A DNA stretch of 64,000 nucleotides from NCBI GenBank assembly GCA_965249725.1, contig CBDFMQ010000002.1, forward strand, positions 2,896,750 through 2,960,749. Direction: 5' to 3'. Numbering within the stretch: the first letter of the stretch is position 1; the number at the start of each line of letters is the position of its first letter. The DNA is from Longimicrobiales bacterium. Lineage in GTDB: Bacteria; Gemmatimonadota; Gemmatimonadetes; Longimicrobiales; Gaopeijiaceae. Made by a program: the position numbers and the translations under genes. Shown here piece after piece: positions 21,791 through 32,030 of the stretch. Under the pieces are notes generated by a model. That model made no database searches, was not told where the DNA came from, and saw only the letters and a program-made list of their open reading frames with translations.

Positions 21791-24310
21791 TCACTCGTAC
21801 CTCAGCGCCACCATCGGATCGACTCTCGAAGCGCGATGCGCCGGTAGGTAGCCTGCCCCGAAAGCCACGAGGCTCAACACCACCGCAACGACACCCATGA
21901 CAACCGGATCGTTGCCCTCGAGCCCGAAGAGCAGGGATTCGGCGGCCCGCCCCAGGAAGAAGGCTGCCACCAGACCGACGACGCCACCTATGACGGTCAT
22001 CTTGGCGACTTGGCGAAGCACCAACCCCCGAACCCGTCCGCGGTCCGCGCCCAGTGCCACGCGCAGCCCGATCTCACGCGTGCGTTGCGAGACCGTGTAG
22101 GCCAGGACCCCGTAGAGCCCCACTGCGGCGAGGATCGTCGCTAGTACGGCGAAAGCGGCTGACAGTGTGCTGATAAGACGGTCGAGCATCACGTTCTCTT
22201 TGGCGGTCTGTTCGAGCGTCTTGAGGTCCTCGACCGGGAGATTCGGATCGATACCCTTGATGACCCCTCCGACCGCATCAAGGGTCTGAGACGGCTCGAC
22301 CTGAGTACGCATGTAGAATGTCATGGATCCGACGTAATCGTCCTGACGATAGGGCAGGAAGAAGAGCGGTGGCACGTCACGTTTCACCTCGGCGTAGCGT
22401 GCGTCCTGGACCACCCCGACGATGCGACGTGTCAACTCGGCGTCCCCGCCGGCGGTGCTCATGAACGTGCCGACGGTCTCACGAGCATCGAGTCCGAACT
22501 TGCGCGCGAAGGCCTCGTTCACGATCGCGACCTCTTCCGCTTCCATATTGTCGGCGACCGTGAACTCACGGCCGGCGAGCAGCGGCATCCCCAGCGTCGC
22601 GAAGTATCCGGGGCCGATCATGTTCATGCGAGAGTTGGAGTCGATGTCGGGCCCCGACTCGAAGCCATCCACGGCCACGTCGGTGCCCCAGTTGTTGCCG
22701 TTGAGAATCGGGACGATCGCGCCGGAGGCGCCCGAAACACCAGGTAGGGCTGCCAGCTCCTGCTCGAGCGTCTCGTACAGTGCGAGCGACCGCTCACGCT
22801 CGTATCCGTTCAGCTCGGGCGAGATCGCGAACGTCGCCACGTTGCTCGGGTTCATTCCCAGGTCTACTCGGCTCACGTTCGTGAGGCTCTTGAGAAACAG
22901 ACCCGCTCCGACCAGAAGCGCCATGGAGAGCGCGATCTGTGCCGTGACCAACGCGCCACGGAAGCGCGCAGCCGCCCTGTGTCCCGAAGGCTGGCCGGCG
23001 TTGCTTTTCAAAGCGGTGACCAGGTCCGGCCGCGTGCTGTGCAGGGCCGGATAGAGCCCAAACAGAACTCCGGTCCCGATGGCCAGCGCCCCGGCGAACA
23101 GGACCACACCAGTACTCAGGGACGGTGTGAAGGCGGCCGCGGTCTCGGGTGGCAGAAGCGTAGCGATGACCCCGAGCGTCCATTGCGCGACGAGCAGGCT
23201 GGCGAGCCCCCCGAGAACGGCGAGGACGAGTGACTCAGTGAGCAGTTGTCTCAGCATCTGTGAACGACTGGCGCCGATCGAAGCGCGGACCGCCATCTCG
23301 GACCCTCGGTTGGCTCCCCGTGCCAACAGGAGGTTGGCGATATTCGCACAGGCGATGAGCAGCACCACACCCGTGATTCCGAAGAGGAGGGTCATAGGCC
23401 TTTCCACATCGCTGTGCATGGTGCTCTGCCCGCGGGAGCCCGGCTGGAGCACCAGATCCTTAGCCAAGAACCGCTCCATGGTCTGGGCGCTCATACCCTC
23501 CTGAAGCGGGGCTTCGACCTCGGCGAGGATCCCCTTAAAAACCGTGGTCATCTCGGAGCGGGCCTGCTCGAGCGTCACGCCGGGCGCGAGTCGCGCGAAT
23601 AGATACGCCCAATAGTTCCTGCGATTCTCCCAGGCGTCCCACCACGGACTCATTCCCGTGCGCATCGTTAGGGGCACGTAGACGTCGACTGTGACACCGA
23701 GCGTGGTGCCCTTGAAGCCCGGTGGGGCCACCCCGACGACCGTCATGGACTGTCCGTTGATGATGATCGTGCTGTTGAGCACCGCCGGATCCAGGCCGAG
23801 TTGGTTCTGCCAATAGTCGTAGCCGAGCACGGTGACATGGTGCTCACCGATGGTCACGTCGTCCGCCGGCCCGAGTAGGCGCCCCAACGCTGGACTCAGG
23901 CCGAGAAGCGCGAAGTACGATCCCGAGACCAGCATCCCGCTGCCGCTCACCGTCTGGTCGGCAGCGGCCAGGTTCGTCCCGAACTGCCGATGCGCTGCCA
24001 CGCCGCTGAAGGTAGTCGACACCTCCGCGAGGTCGTTGAACATCGGATAGCTGAAGACCGCCTCGCAGTTCCCCGCCTGCCCGCAGGACTGCGAGCCCGG
24101 GTTGGGGCCGGGCGCGGAGAGGTTGACCAGACGCTCGGGCTCCTGCACAGGAAGAGCCTGTAACAGCATCTGATCAAAGAGCGAGAAGATCGCAGCGTTC
24201 GCTCCGATGCCGAGCGCAAGGGACAGGATCGCGACAGCCGTGACGAACGGCGTCTTGGTGAGCGTACGAACCGTGAATTTGAAGGCTGACACCTGCGTCT
24301 CCGGTCTCAA
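21791..24310 (-). CDS. ABC permease, duplicated MacB/FtsX type
   Basis: LALGIGANAAIFS, LLIACANIANLLLAR, QRTREIGLRVALGA, RVDPMVALRYE. Confidence 0.92.
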   Translation of the reverse strand: MRPETQVSAFKFTVRTLTKTPFVTAVAILSLALGIGANAAIFSLFDQMLLQALPVQEPERLVNLSAPGPNPGSQSCGQAGNCEAVFSYPMFNDLAEVSTTFSGVAAHRQFGTNLAAADQTVSGSGMLVSGSYFALLGLSPALGRLLGPADDVTIGEHHVTVLGYDYWQNQLGLDPAVLNSTIIINGQSMTVVGVAPPGFKGTTLGVTVDVYVPLTMRTGMSPWWDAWENRRNYWAYLFARLAPGVTLEQARSEMTTVFKGILAEVEAPLQEGMSAQTMERFLAKDLVLQPGSRGQSTMHSDVERPMTLLFGITGVVLLIACANIANLLLARGANRGSEMAVRASIGASRSQMLRQLLTESLVLAVLGGLASLLVAQWTLGVIATLLPPETAAAFTPSLSTGVVLFAGALAIGTGVLFGLYPALHSTRPDLVTALKSNAGQPSGHRAAARFRGALVTAQIALSMALLVGAGLFLKSLTNVSRVDLGMNPSNVATFAISPELNGYERERSLALYETLEQELAALPGVSGASGAIVPILNGNNWGTDVAVDGFESGPDIDSNSRMNMIGPGYFATLGMPLLAGREFTVADNMEAEEVAIVNEAFARKFGLDARETVGTFMSTAGGDAELTRRIVGVVQDARYAEVKRDVPPLFFLPYRQDDYVGSMTFYMRTQVEPSQTLDAVGGVIKGIDPNLPVEDLKTLEQTAKENVMLDRLISTLSAAFAVLATILAAVGLYGVLAYTVSQRTREIGLRVALGADRGRVRGLVLRQVAKMTVIGGVVGLVAAFFLGRAAESLLFGLEGNDPVVMGVVAVVLSLVAFGAGYLPAHRASRVDPMVALRYE

Positions 24311-24611
24311 TTGATTCCCACGGCCGGGCCGAATCGGGCCGACCGTCCAGCGTTCGGATCGGACCAGAAGTTAGACGGGTGTATGGGCCATGAGGTTGCG
24401 ACGCACGTGTGGATGGTGCTCCGGTGAAGTGGAGCGGTGGTTCTCCGATCGGACAGAATCGCACCTCGGCGACGCAGGGGAAGCCTCGCGGTTGACAGGC
24501 AATATTTGCCCATTCATTGTTAATTTCCCTCCAGCCGTACCATGGTGGCCGGTTTGGTCCAGGTGGTACGCCCTTGTCCTGAAAATACGGATGATCAGGT
24601 GGAATCTCTCG

Positions 24612-25994
24612 ATGTTGTCTGAGCTAACGCCCTACAGCCACGATCCCGTGCGAGGTCGGTTGGCGCCCAAGTTGGCGCGCCTCATGGAGGCGGCCGGCGC
24701 CGATCACTGTACTCTGGTCTGGCGCGACGCTGCACACCCGACGGAGTTCCACCCCTACCTCACACTTGGGGTCGGTGGAGCCGCGAAGCTAAGGGATCTT
24801 CCGCTCGAGCTGGAGCAGACCGCGCGGCGGGAGAGCGTCACGGGGCGACTCCGAAGCGGCCAGACCCGAGCCAACAAGTGTGCGGGCATGTTCGTGGCCG
24901 AGCACGGCGACAGATCGTGGCTGCTGGTCCTCCAATCCCGTGATCGGCTCGGCGTCGGCCGTGAAGTCGGACGCGAGGTGGAGGTCGCGCTCTGGGGTGC
25001 GATCTGGGCGGTGACGCGTCCGCGTCACCTGGAGCCGACGGGCCGCCTGGATGCCAGGGACCTACTCAGCGAGGCCGAGGCGGCGGAAGACGAATCGGCG
25101 TTCGAAGATGCTCTGAGTCGGTACGATCGGGCCCACGAGGTCTCGCTCGCCACCGGAGACTCGGAAGGCGTGATCCTCTCCTCGTGGTATAAGGGACGAG
25201 CGCTCCGGAAGCTCGCCCGGTGGGACGAGGCGATGTCCTGGTATACCCGAGCGCGTGAAATGGCGATCGGAGCGGGCAATCCGGGCCTGGTCGCGTCGGC
25301 GACGGTCGGTCTGGCCAACGTGCGCCTCCACAAGGGTGCTCTCGCCGAGGCGAGGGATCTATATCAAGAGGCTGTGCGAGTTGGGCAGGAGGCGGGCAAC
25401 GAGCAGGCAGTAGCTCAGGGGTACTTCGGTCTGATGTGGGTGCACGGGGAGGAGCAAGACTGGCCGTCCGCCACACGAGTCGGATGGCAGGCCTACACCG
25501 CCGCCCGCGGACTCCCGGACGAGTGGGACATACTGGTGGCGCTCGGAGGCTGCTTTCGAATGTCGGGCCGGATGGATGAAGCCAGGTCCTGCAATCTAGT
25601 GGCGATGCATGCCGCGCCAATGCCCGAGACGCGCCAGCTCGCCACCTGTAATCTGGCCGTGATCTCGGCGCTAGAGGGTGACGAGCAGTCGTACGAAGGC
25701 TTCAGTGCACAGATCGACGCAGACAAGATGTCTGCGAGGGGAAGAGTCGAGGTCCTCATGGAACGCGGCCAGGCGCTTTGCGCTCTCGGCCGGGATGACG
25801 AGGGTCGTCAGGCACTCAGGACTGCACTTCGCCAGGCCGAGGACCTGAAATTCGGCAAGCTCGTCTTCGATATCGAGTGCTCTCTCGAGCTGGATAGCCC
25901 GTGGGAGCCCCTTGTGGGTCCGAATCCCACTCTCCGAGATGCCGAAGATGTCGAGATCCGGACCCAGCTGGAGTTGATGGCCTCCGAGGTCTAG
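24612..25994 (+). CDS. Cytoplasmic TPR-repeat protein (start uncertain)
   Basis: Successive TPR-like helices such as WDEAMSWYTRAREMA and LAEARDLYQEAV; no signal peptide. Confidence 0.75.
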   Translation: MLSELTPYSHDPVRGRLAPKLARLMEAAGADHCTLVWRDAAHPTEFHPYLTLGVGGAAKLRDLPLELEQTARRESVTGRLRSGQTRANKCAGMFVAEHGDRSWLLVLQSRDRLGVGREVGREVEVALWGAIWAVTRPRHLEPTGRLDARDLLSEAEAAEDESAFEDALSRYDRAHEVSLATGDSEGVILSSWYKGRALRKLARWDEAMSWYTRAREMAIGAGNPGLVASATVGLANVRLHKGALAEARDLYQEAVRVGQEAGNEQAVAQGYFGLMWVHGEEQDWPSATRVGWQAYTAARGLPDEWDILVALGGCFRMSGRMDEARSCNLVAMHAAPMPETRQLATCNLAVISALEGDEQSYEGFSAQIDADKMSARGRVEVLMERGQALCALGRDDEGRQALRTALRQAEDLKFGKLVFDIECSLELDSPWEPLVGPNPTLRDAEDVEIRTQLELMASEV

Positions 25995-26001
25995 TCAGTC
26001 C

Positions 26002-26139
26002 CTAGGGGCAAGTCCAACCGTTCGGCGTCGGCCAGGGGGGATCACACTCCCACGCGGGGTCGACAGGTGTGGTGTTGCACGCGGTCGTCGACAGGCCAGC
26101 AACAACCAGGAACATCAGTACGGCGATCAGCTTCTTCAT
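26002..26139 (-). CDS. 45-aa secreted (lipo)peptide not in the ORF track
   Basis: GGAGG RBS; MKKLIAVLMFLVVAGLSTTACNTTPVDPAWECDPPWPTPNGWTCP*. Confidence 0.75.
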   Translation of the reverse strand: MKKLIAVLMFLVVAGLSTTACNTTPVDPAWECDPPWPTPNGWTCP

Positions 26140-26256
26140 CCTGTGCCTCCTCGAACACGAGGTGAACGGCCGTCATGGTGAGTCCACCACGGCCAGGCAC
26201 AAGATGGAGCTATTAAAACACAATAAACAGGATATATTGCAGGTTTTTAGCTTGAG

Positions 26257-26883
26257 CTAACTATCTGGCGTATCTTGCCGAGCCAACTCCACGAGCGGAT
26301 CTATGCTCAATCCCAGATCCGCGAGGGTCACGGGGTCCGCCGATTCCGCGTCGTACCCCGCGGCTCGTTTGTAGGCGAGCCACGCGATCTCGTCGTCGTA
26401 CCGCATCAGTCCCAAGGATCTGAGGGCACAGGCCGCGTCGTCCGTAATGGCGATCCACCCCTGGTGTGGGTAGTCCACGGTGAAGGCCGAATCCTGCCGC
26501 CACTCCTCGGCGAAGGAGATGAGTCCTTCGCTCAGGGGCGGTAGCTCCCCGGCTTCCGTCGCAGCCGCGGTTCGCCTCTGTTCATGCAGCCTGAGGAATC
26601 GCTCAATCTTGGCGCGGGACGCCGAGTTGGGGCCTCTTTGAGGCCATTGCCCCTGTCGGTATTGGCGGACGGTCTCGTGGTTGAGCTCGCAGAGTCGCTC
26701 CACCTCCAGGTCACTGTAGTCGGCGATGGCCCCGAGGAATCGTCGCCGCAGAGACTCCGGGTCATGGGGTGTACCAGGTGAGGCCTGAATGGACTCATCA
26801 CCTAACACAATCTGCCGAATGGCGGTGAGCTTGCGCTCCGCCTCAGTCTCCGATCGTCGAGCACCGTTCGCGTCATCGCTCAT
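26257..26883 (-). CDS. Hypothetical protein with XRE-like HTH
   Basis: SDLEVERLCELNHETVRQYRQG resembles an HTH; GAGG RBS. Confidence 0.55.
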   Translation of the reverse strand: MSDDANGARRSETEAERKLTAIRQIVLGDESIQASPGTPHDPESLRRRFLGAIADYSDLEVERLCELNHETVRQYRQGQWPQRGPNSASRAKIERFLRLHEQRRTAAATEAGELPPLSEGLISFAEEWRQDSAFTVDYPHQGWIAITDDAACALRSLGLMRYDDEIAWLAYKRAAGYDAESADPVTLADLGLSIDPLVELARQDTPDS

Positions 26884-27085
26884 GAGTGCCTCTCATCTCA
26901 GATCACGGGGCCTAGTGGGCCCCATTGTGCACAAGCGGGGGCGGCAGGATCGTGGCCGCGTGACCCTGCAGGTCAATCTATACCCAAGGCCCTCTTATTT
27001 GCACAATAATTGCATGGAACGCACCGACCACGTAACCTGGAGAATGGCCCCCGTGCCAACGAGGCGTAGGTCCAGGAGCGATGCG

Positions 27086-27502
27086 ATGGACGACAAGACG
27101 ACGATTCTGGTGATCGAAGACAACAAGGATCACCAGCATCTGATCAAGCTGGTCCTGGCGAAGGGGCTGCCTCTCGCCCGCGTCGATTGCACCACCGGGG
27201 GTGAGGATGCACAGAGCTATCTGCTCGAGCGGGACCCGCCATCGCTGATCGTCCTCGACCACTGGCTGCCCGGGATGAGCGGCATCGATCTTCTCAAGTG
27301 GCTCGCCTCCCAAGAGCAACTGGCGGACATTCCAGTCATCATGTTCACGAGTTCCCAAGACGCCAGACACGCCCAGCAAGCCTATGCGCTGGGCGTGCGC
27401 CGGTACCTCGTGAAGCCCAATGACTTCAAGGAACTGGTCGGCGAGATCAAGGACACGCTGGACCATTGGGTCGACCCCGAGGTCGGCTCCGCCGAAGCGT
27501 AG
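27086..27502 (+). CDS. Single-domain response regulator (receiver)
   Basis: ILVIEDN, LIVLDHWLPGMSG, VIMFTSS, YLVKP. Confidence 0.9.
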   Translation: MDDKTTILVIEDNKDHQHLIKLVLAKGLPLARVDCTTGGEDAQSYLLERDPPSLIVLDHWLPGMSGIDLLKWLASQEQLADIPVIMFTSSQDARHAQQAYALGVRRYLVKPNDFKELVGEIKDTLDHWVDPEVGSAEA

Positions 27503-27553
27503 GTCGCCGGCAGGAAGTCCACTCCGACCAATCAGCGACGATGGCACGCGGAA

Positions 27554-29188
27554 TCACGACTGGGGCGGCGTCCCCTTTCGTGGAACACGCTCATCACTCA
27601 TCGCCGCGTGGTACACGAAGGTGGCCATGATGACCGCATTCTTCATCAGGTCCTCGACGGGGATGGTATCGAAGAAGTCCATGTTGGTGTGACCACCGGT
27701 GCCACCCACGCGGGCCTGCAAGAACTGGAAGCCCGGAAGGCCCACCGCGTTGAATGGAACGTGGTCCGTACTCCCACGACTCTGCACCGAGATCGTGTTC
27801 AGCCCCATGTCCCGCAGGGGCTCCATCCACGCCGCGAAGGTCTGCCGAACATGCTCGTTGCCCTCGAGGAAGATCCCCCGGTACACGCCGGGTCCGTAGT
27901 CCTGGTTGAAGTACACGGAGAACTTCTCGTAGTCGGAAGTGATCCCCACGCCGGGGTCACCGGGATCTCCGAAGTGCTCCTTCACGTAGGCACGCGATCC
28001 CCATAGGCCCTGCTCCTCACCGGACCACAGCGCGATACGGATCGTGCGCCTGGGCTGAGCACCGACCGCCTTGAGGATGCGCATGGCCTCGAGCATGACG
28101 GCCACCCCGGAGGTGTTGTCACTCGCGTTGGGACTGGCGTGCCACGTGTCGAAGTGCGCACCGAGCATCACCACCTCGTCGGCGAGGTCGCCGCCCCGGA
28201 TCTCACCCACCACGTTGTTCGCCTCGCTGACCCGCTCTCCGTGGGTGTTACGGACCTCGACTTCGATTTCGACCGGTATGTCCCGCTTGAGGATGCGGTA
28301 CATGCGGTTGTAGTGCTCGGGCGTGACGGCAACGACCGGTACCGAAGAGAGCGTTACGTCGCGCGCCCAACGATCGATCTTGGCGCCGGGCCGTGCGAAG
28401 CCTCGAACCGCACCCGGCCAACCACTCCGCGACTCGAGGACGACCGCCACACCCTCGGCCACATAGAACAGCAGGCGCTCCTCCGCCGTGAGGATGTTCG
28501 GATTGCGCGGGGGATCGGGATAGAGCCTTGAGAAATGATCGTCCGGGCTCGCGGCCGGAAGCACCACGTCCTCCTCCAACGCACGAAGCTCGTCGTCGGT
28601 GCGTCGAGGCGTGCCATTGGCGATCCGCTCCAGATCGATCCGAGGCGGCGGACTGCTGAGCACGGCCAGTCCGCGCAGCCGGCCGCGGTAGCGTTCGAGA
28701 TCCTGCCGCGTCTGCACGTCGGCGATCACGACCTCGAGCCGCTGCTTCCCGTCGGTACTCGGCGTGTGGGCGATCGGGTAGCCGACCATGGGCGTGTAGT
28801 CCGGCTCCATGAGGTGCAAGGAGACGTACTCGTTGTCCCAGCTCACGCCGTAGTCCATGAACGGCTCGCGCGCCGTGTTGACGAGTCCGATCTCCCTCAT
28901 CTCACCCAGCACCCAGTCCTGCGCCCGATCCATGTCACGAGAATTCGTGAGACGGGCGCCCAGAACGTCGGTCATGTAAGAGAACGTGTTCGGAAGCTGT
29001 GAGCGCTGGAGTCCTTCTTCACGAATGCGGGCGACCATGGCGAAATCGACTGGCGTGACACCGCCGGCCTGGCCAACGCCCGCTCTGGACTGGGCCGCCA
29101 GGTGGGACCATTCGAACGGAGCTGCGGCAATCGCGAAGACGGCGATCAGGCCGGCACCGACCACCAGTGTGCGGACAGAGTTCTTCAT
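27554..29188 (-). CDS. Secreted M28 peptidase
   Basis: GAHFDTW, ASDNTSGV, SGEEQGLWGS, STDH. Confidence 0.88.
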   Translation of the reverse strand: MKNSVRTLVVGAGLIAVFAIAAAPFEWSHLAAQSRAGVGQAGGVTPVDFAMVARIREEGLQRSQLPNTFSYMTDVLGARLTNSRDMDRAQDWVLGEMREIGLVNTAREPFMDYGVSWDNEYVSLHLMEPDYTPMVGYPIAHTPSTDGKQRLEVVIADVQTRQDLERYRGRLRGLAVLSSPPPRIDLERIANGTPRRTDDELRALEEDVVLPAASPDDHFSRLYPDPPRNPNILTAEERLLFYVAEGVAVVLESRSGWPGAVRGFARPGAKIDRWARDVTLSSVPVVAVTPEHYNRMYRILKRDIPVEIEVEVRNTHGERVSEANNVVGEIRGGDLADEVVMLGAHFDTWHASPNASDNTSGVAVMLEAMRILKAVGAQPRRTIRIALWSGEEQGLWGSRAYVKEHFGDPGDPGVGITSDYEKFSVYFNQDYGPGVYRGIFLEGNEHVRQTFAAWMEPLRDMGLNTISVQSRGSTDHVPFNAVGLPGFQFLQARVGGTGGHTNMDFFDTIPVEDLMKNAVIMATFVYHAAMSDERVPRKGTPPQS

Positions 29189-29240
29189 CGTGAATCGCCT
29201 CGTGTTCTGTAGATGTGCTCTTCGAACATGTGCTCTCCCA

Positions 29241-30488
29241 CTAGGCGCTGTTGAGCGCCGCGGCGAGCCGGTCGACGTCCTCATTGGTGTTGTAGATCGC
29301 CGGTGACACGCGCACCCGGCTCTCCGACAGGCCCACCACCACCCCGGCCGTTGCCAGGGGCTCTTCGAGGCGCGGAGCATGCGGCACGCGGAAGGTGACG
29401 ATAGGGGCGATGTCGGCGTGATGCGAGATGGAGGGATAGCGGTCCGGATCGACACTCTCGAGCAACCGGGCATTCAGAGCGACCGAATGGGCCTGCAGCG
29501 CCTCCACCCCGATCGAGGTGACGAACTTCAGGCCCTCGTAGAGCGCCGCATATCCGATATAGCTGGGATGCCCCGGCTCGTACCGGCTCGCGTCTTGGGG
29601 TAGGCTGATTCTGATGGGCGTCTCACCCGGCTCCGCCGCGTCAGTCCAGGGCTCGTAACGCAACTGGGCCCGTCCGGGAAACGTATTGTCCACCAAGGCG
29701 CTCCCCTGCCGGTTGCTGCGAACATAGAGGAAGCCCGAGCCGTGGGTCCCATAGAGCCACTTGTATCCGTTGCAGGCCGCGAAATCGACCCCGCTCGCAG
29801 AGAGGTCGAGGGGTACGATGCCGGCCGACTGGATGATGTCTGCGTACAGCAGGGCACCGTGTGCATGCGCGATGTCGGCCAACGCTCGGAGATCGGCCAC
29901 GTGCCCGTTGATGTTCGATACGTGGCTGACGGCAATCAGACGGGTGTCGTCGTCCACCAAAGTGGCGATCACTTCGGACCGCACCTGCCAGTCGACGGCC
30001 CGCGCCACACGCACGTCCCAGCCTGCTCTCCTCAGCCCCTCGTAGTTGTGTAGAGAGCCGGCGAAGTGGAGATCGTCGGTCACGATATTGCCCTCAGGGA
30101 GGCCCACGAGCCGATCGAGAATCAACTGCTCTCCCGCCTTCGTGTTGTTGACGAGGGCGATCTCCCCAGGCTCGGCACCCACCAGATCGCCGAACAGGAT
30201 CTTGATCTCGGACATGACCTCGGAGAAGTAGGCGGCCTCAGGACCGCCCGGCCCCTTCTGCCAGAACTCCATGAAACGACGTGCTCCGTCGGCGGCAAAG
30301 TCGCCCATCGGAGTGCCACCCGCGCCGTTCAGGAACCGCTGGTCCCTGAGCCGAGGGAATCGGTCGCGGACGGACGCCTGGGCCGCCTCGTGCGATAGCG
30401 CCCACGACTCGGTGGCCAGCAGTCCACTCACTTGGGCGCCTCCGACGAGCCCGAGCGCCATGAAATCTCGACGATCCATCATCCTCAT
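29241..30488 (-). CDS. Tat-exported class V aminotransferase / cysteine desulfurase-like protein
   Basis: DRRDFM Tat motif; ADIIQSAG, GYKWLYG, RVSPAIYN. Confidence 0.85.
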   Translation of the reverse strand: MRMMDRRDFMALGLVGGAQVSGLLATESWALSHEAAQASVRDRFPRLRDQRFLNGAGGTPMGDFAADGARRFMEFWQKGPGGPEAAYFSEVMSEIKILFGDLVGAEPGEIALVNNTKAGEQLILDRLVGLPEGNIVTDDLHFAGSLHNYEGLRRAGWDVRVARAVDWQVRSEVIATLVDDDTRLIAVSHVSNINGHVADLRALADIAHAHGALLYADIIQSAGIVPLDLSASGVDFAACNGYKWLYGTHGSGFLYVRSNRQGSALVDNTFPGRAQLRYEPWTDAAEPGETPIRISLPQDASRYEPGHPSYIGYAALYEGLKFVTSIGVEALQAHSVALNARLLESVDPDRYPSISHHADIAPIVTFRVPHAPRLEEPLATAGVVVGLSESRVRVSPAIYNTNEDVDRLAAALNSA

Positions 30489-30556
30489 TCCTCCCTGCCA
30501 ATCATTGATTCCGGCATCTTCCCGGTCGGTCCGGCATGACCAAGGTCACGTGCGGT

Positions 30557-31825
30557 TCATCGACCGTAGCGGTCGTACGGCACCAGCCGTCCCCCCGCCT
30601 GAATCCGCGCGGAGGTCTCCTCCATGCCTCGCATCGCCCGCAGCAGGTTCAGACCGGCGATCTGCTTGAGCTCATCCTCGGTGTAGCCTCGGCGGAGAAG
30701 CTCGGCGAACAACACCGGATACGTTGTGAGGTCCTCCAGGCCTACCGCCATCGCGTCGGGGGCGTCCGTGTAGTAGTCCGAACCGATCCCGATGTGATCC
30801 ACGCCTGATACGTCCCGGATGTTGTCGATATGGTTCGCGACGTCGGCCACTGTTCCCCTCGGCTTCGGGTTCCGAGTGTCCCAATCCGCGAGGCGTCGGT
30901 CGATCTCGGCCGCGTCATTCAGTTCCGCCCGGAGGCGCTCGGCTTCGGCGAGCCGATCCGCCACCCAAGCGGGGGCGTCGGGAGCGACGAAATCCGCGAT
31001 GAAGTTGACCATCACCACACCGCCGTTGGCGGGCATCAAGGCAAGCACGTCATCCGGGACGTTGCGCGGGTGGGGGTTCAAGGCCCGGGAGCTCGAGTGC
31101 GAGAAGATCACGGGCGCCTCCGTGACCCGCAGCGCGTCCTTCATCGCCTCGGCACTGACATGCGAAATGTCGATGAACATGCCGATCCGGTTCATCTCTC
31201 TCACGATCTCTTCGCCCAACTCACTGAGTCCGTTGTGGATGGGGTAGTCCGTCGTGGCATCGGCCCAATCGTTGGTCGCGCTGTGCGTGAGCGTCATATA
31301 GCGGACGCCCAGTTGGTGGAACATCCGCAGAGCAGACAGGGAGTTCTGGATCGCGTGGCCACCCTCGAACCCGATGAGCGATGCGATGCGCCCCTCCCCA
31401 TGGATGCGCTCGATGTCATCCGCAGTGGTGGCGAACTCGAGGTCGTCCGGGTATCGCTCCACGATGCGGTGGACCATATCGATGGAGCGGAGCGCGTGCC
31501 GGAGCGATGCGCCCGTCCGCATCGAATCGACGGCGACGTAGGCGGACCAGAACTGCGCGCCCACTTGTCCCTGTCTCAGACGTGGAATGTCGGCCGAGAG
31601 GCGCGGCGCGGTCTCGTTCAGATCGACTCGACCCGCGTCGCCCGCGAGCACTTCCTGGATGCTGTACACCAGGTCGTTGTGCGTGTCGATGAGGGGGACT
31701 TCTGCGAGGAGCGCCCTCGCAGTGGCGAGCAGCGCGGGGTCCGGTGGATCCCAACGCTCCTGGGCCCACACATCGGAGCCGGTCACGCCAGACAATACGA
31801 GAGCGAGGAGAACCATACGTAGCAT
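30557..31825 (-). CDS. Membrane dipeptidase (M19)
   Basis: IDTHND, GAQFWS, EGGH, YMTLTH, DISHVS, FSHS, GIGSDY. Confidence 0.92.
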   Translation of the reverse strand: MLRMVLLALVLSGVTGSDVWAQERWDPPDPALLATARALLAEVPLIDTHNDLVYSIQEVLAGDAGRVDLNETAPRLSADIPRLRQGQVGAQFWSAYVAVDSMRTGASLRHALRSIDMVHRIVERYPDDLEFATTADDIERIHGEGRIASLIGFEGGHAIQNSLSALRMFHQLGVRYMTLTHSATNDWADATTDYPIHNGLSELGEEIVREMNRIGMFIDISHVSAEAMKDALRVTEAPVIFSHSSSRALNPHPRNVPDDVLALMPANGGVVMVNFIADFVAPDAPAWVADRLAEAERLRAELNDAAEIDRRLADWDTRNPKPRGTVADVANHIDNIRDVSGVDHIGIGSDYYTDAPDAMAVGLEDLTTYPVLFAELLRRGYTEDELKQIAGLNLLRAMRGMEETSARIQAGGRLVPYDRYGR

Positions 31826-32030
31826 GCCGACCTCCAATGCCGAGAACAGGGCTGGTCGGGGATAGTCCTCCTGATGCGATCCGGTGTCAAACGGGGAACC
31901 GAGTCGGAGAAGCGGATGACTGAGCAGACGCATCTTGGACCCCAAATATCGATCGTCTGAGCCGGCTCCGTCGGAGGGCGTCCGGGTCAACCGCGCTGGC
32001 GCACCACCGCGGTCTCTCCCATAGTGGCGC

